Part shown: piece after piece, positions 63,885 through 64,000 of the stretch
Numbering within the stretch: the first letter of the stretch is position 1
How the letters are laid out: every line of letters begins with the position of its first letter
Notes under the pieces: model-generated
Told to the model about the DNA's origin: nothing
What the model saw: the letters and a program-made list of their open reading frames with translations, nothing else
The model's database searches: none
Origin: a virus
Lineage: Duplodnaviria; Caudoviricetes
Strand: one strand, 5' to 3'
DNA length: 64,000 bases
Virus record (IMG/VR): IMGVR_UViG_3300032321_001270
Location: 96,001-160,000 of that record
Translations under genes and position numbers: made by a program

Positions 63885-64000
63885 CTTTCTTTTTGTCCTC
63901 GTTTTTGACTAATAGTTCACCGCGCACGATGGACGTGGCTTTGGGCGCGGTTAAGCCGATCTTTACTCTATCGCCGGTAATCCCCAGCACTTTGACGACA
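63859..64000 (-). CDS. csrA: Carbon storage regulator CsrA (5'-truncated by window edge)
   Basis: Hand translation VVKVLGITGDRVKIGLTAPKATSIVRGEL matches the CsrA C-half V.VL...G.QV.IG..AP....V.R.E. Confidence 0.85.
   Translation of the reverse strand, partial: VVKVLGITGDRVKIGLTAPKATSIVRGELLVKNEDKKKDGLERQTS

Noticed and set aside
1-64000. Stop-codon recoding, inteins, introns, reverse transcriptase/DGR, integrase
   Set aside because: Core genes are full-length under the standard code using all three stops; no splicing, RT or recombinase motifs were seen.

Overview
This is a gene-dense (~55% GC), almost entirely minus-strand segment of a large, jumbo-type dsDNA bacteriophage using the standard genetic code. 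Host clues (CsrA, a DUF1257-DUF2997-AAA cluster, a planctomycete-style Cys-rich secreted protein) point to Planctomycetota (inference). 1-27 kb is a replication/recombination block: RuvC, GT-A glycosyltransferase, DUF1016_N-like, DUF932-like, RecA, probable SSB, UDG-like/PolA fusion, primase, DnaB, UvsW-like helicase, SbcC/SbcD. 27-54 kb is an accessory region of small ORFs with two tRNAs (fMet, Gln), an HTH/deoxyhypusine-synthase-like fusion, a degenerate HUH Rep, MazG-like, ParB-like, DUF6745/6915/6878, the AAA cluster and a dATP/dGTP diphosphohydrolase. 54-64 kb holds the only two clear plus-strand genes (terminase large subunit and a repeat-domain protein), tRNA-Thr, GNAT, a pyrimidine-dimer glycosylase, a degenerate primase paralogue and a partial csrA. 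Best candidate for a new system: a RAMP/Cas7-like gene next to an IS110/Nop(Tas)-like gene, both translationally coupled inside the SbcCD-UvsW operon. I found no guide array in this window. Second candidate: phage CsrA plus canonical CACGGAUG hairpins at phage translation-control positions. All family calls come from motif recognition by eye; no searches were run. Many starts were moved from the ORF track to RBS-supported codons.
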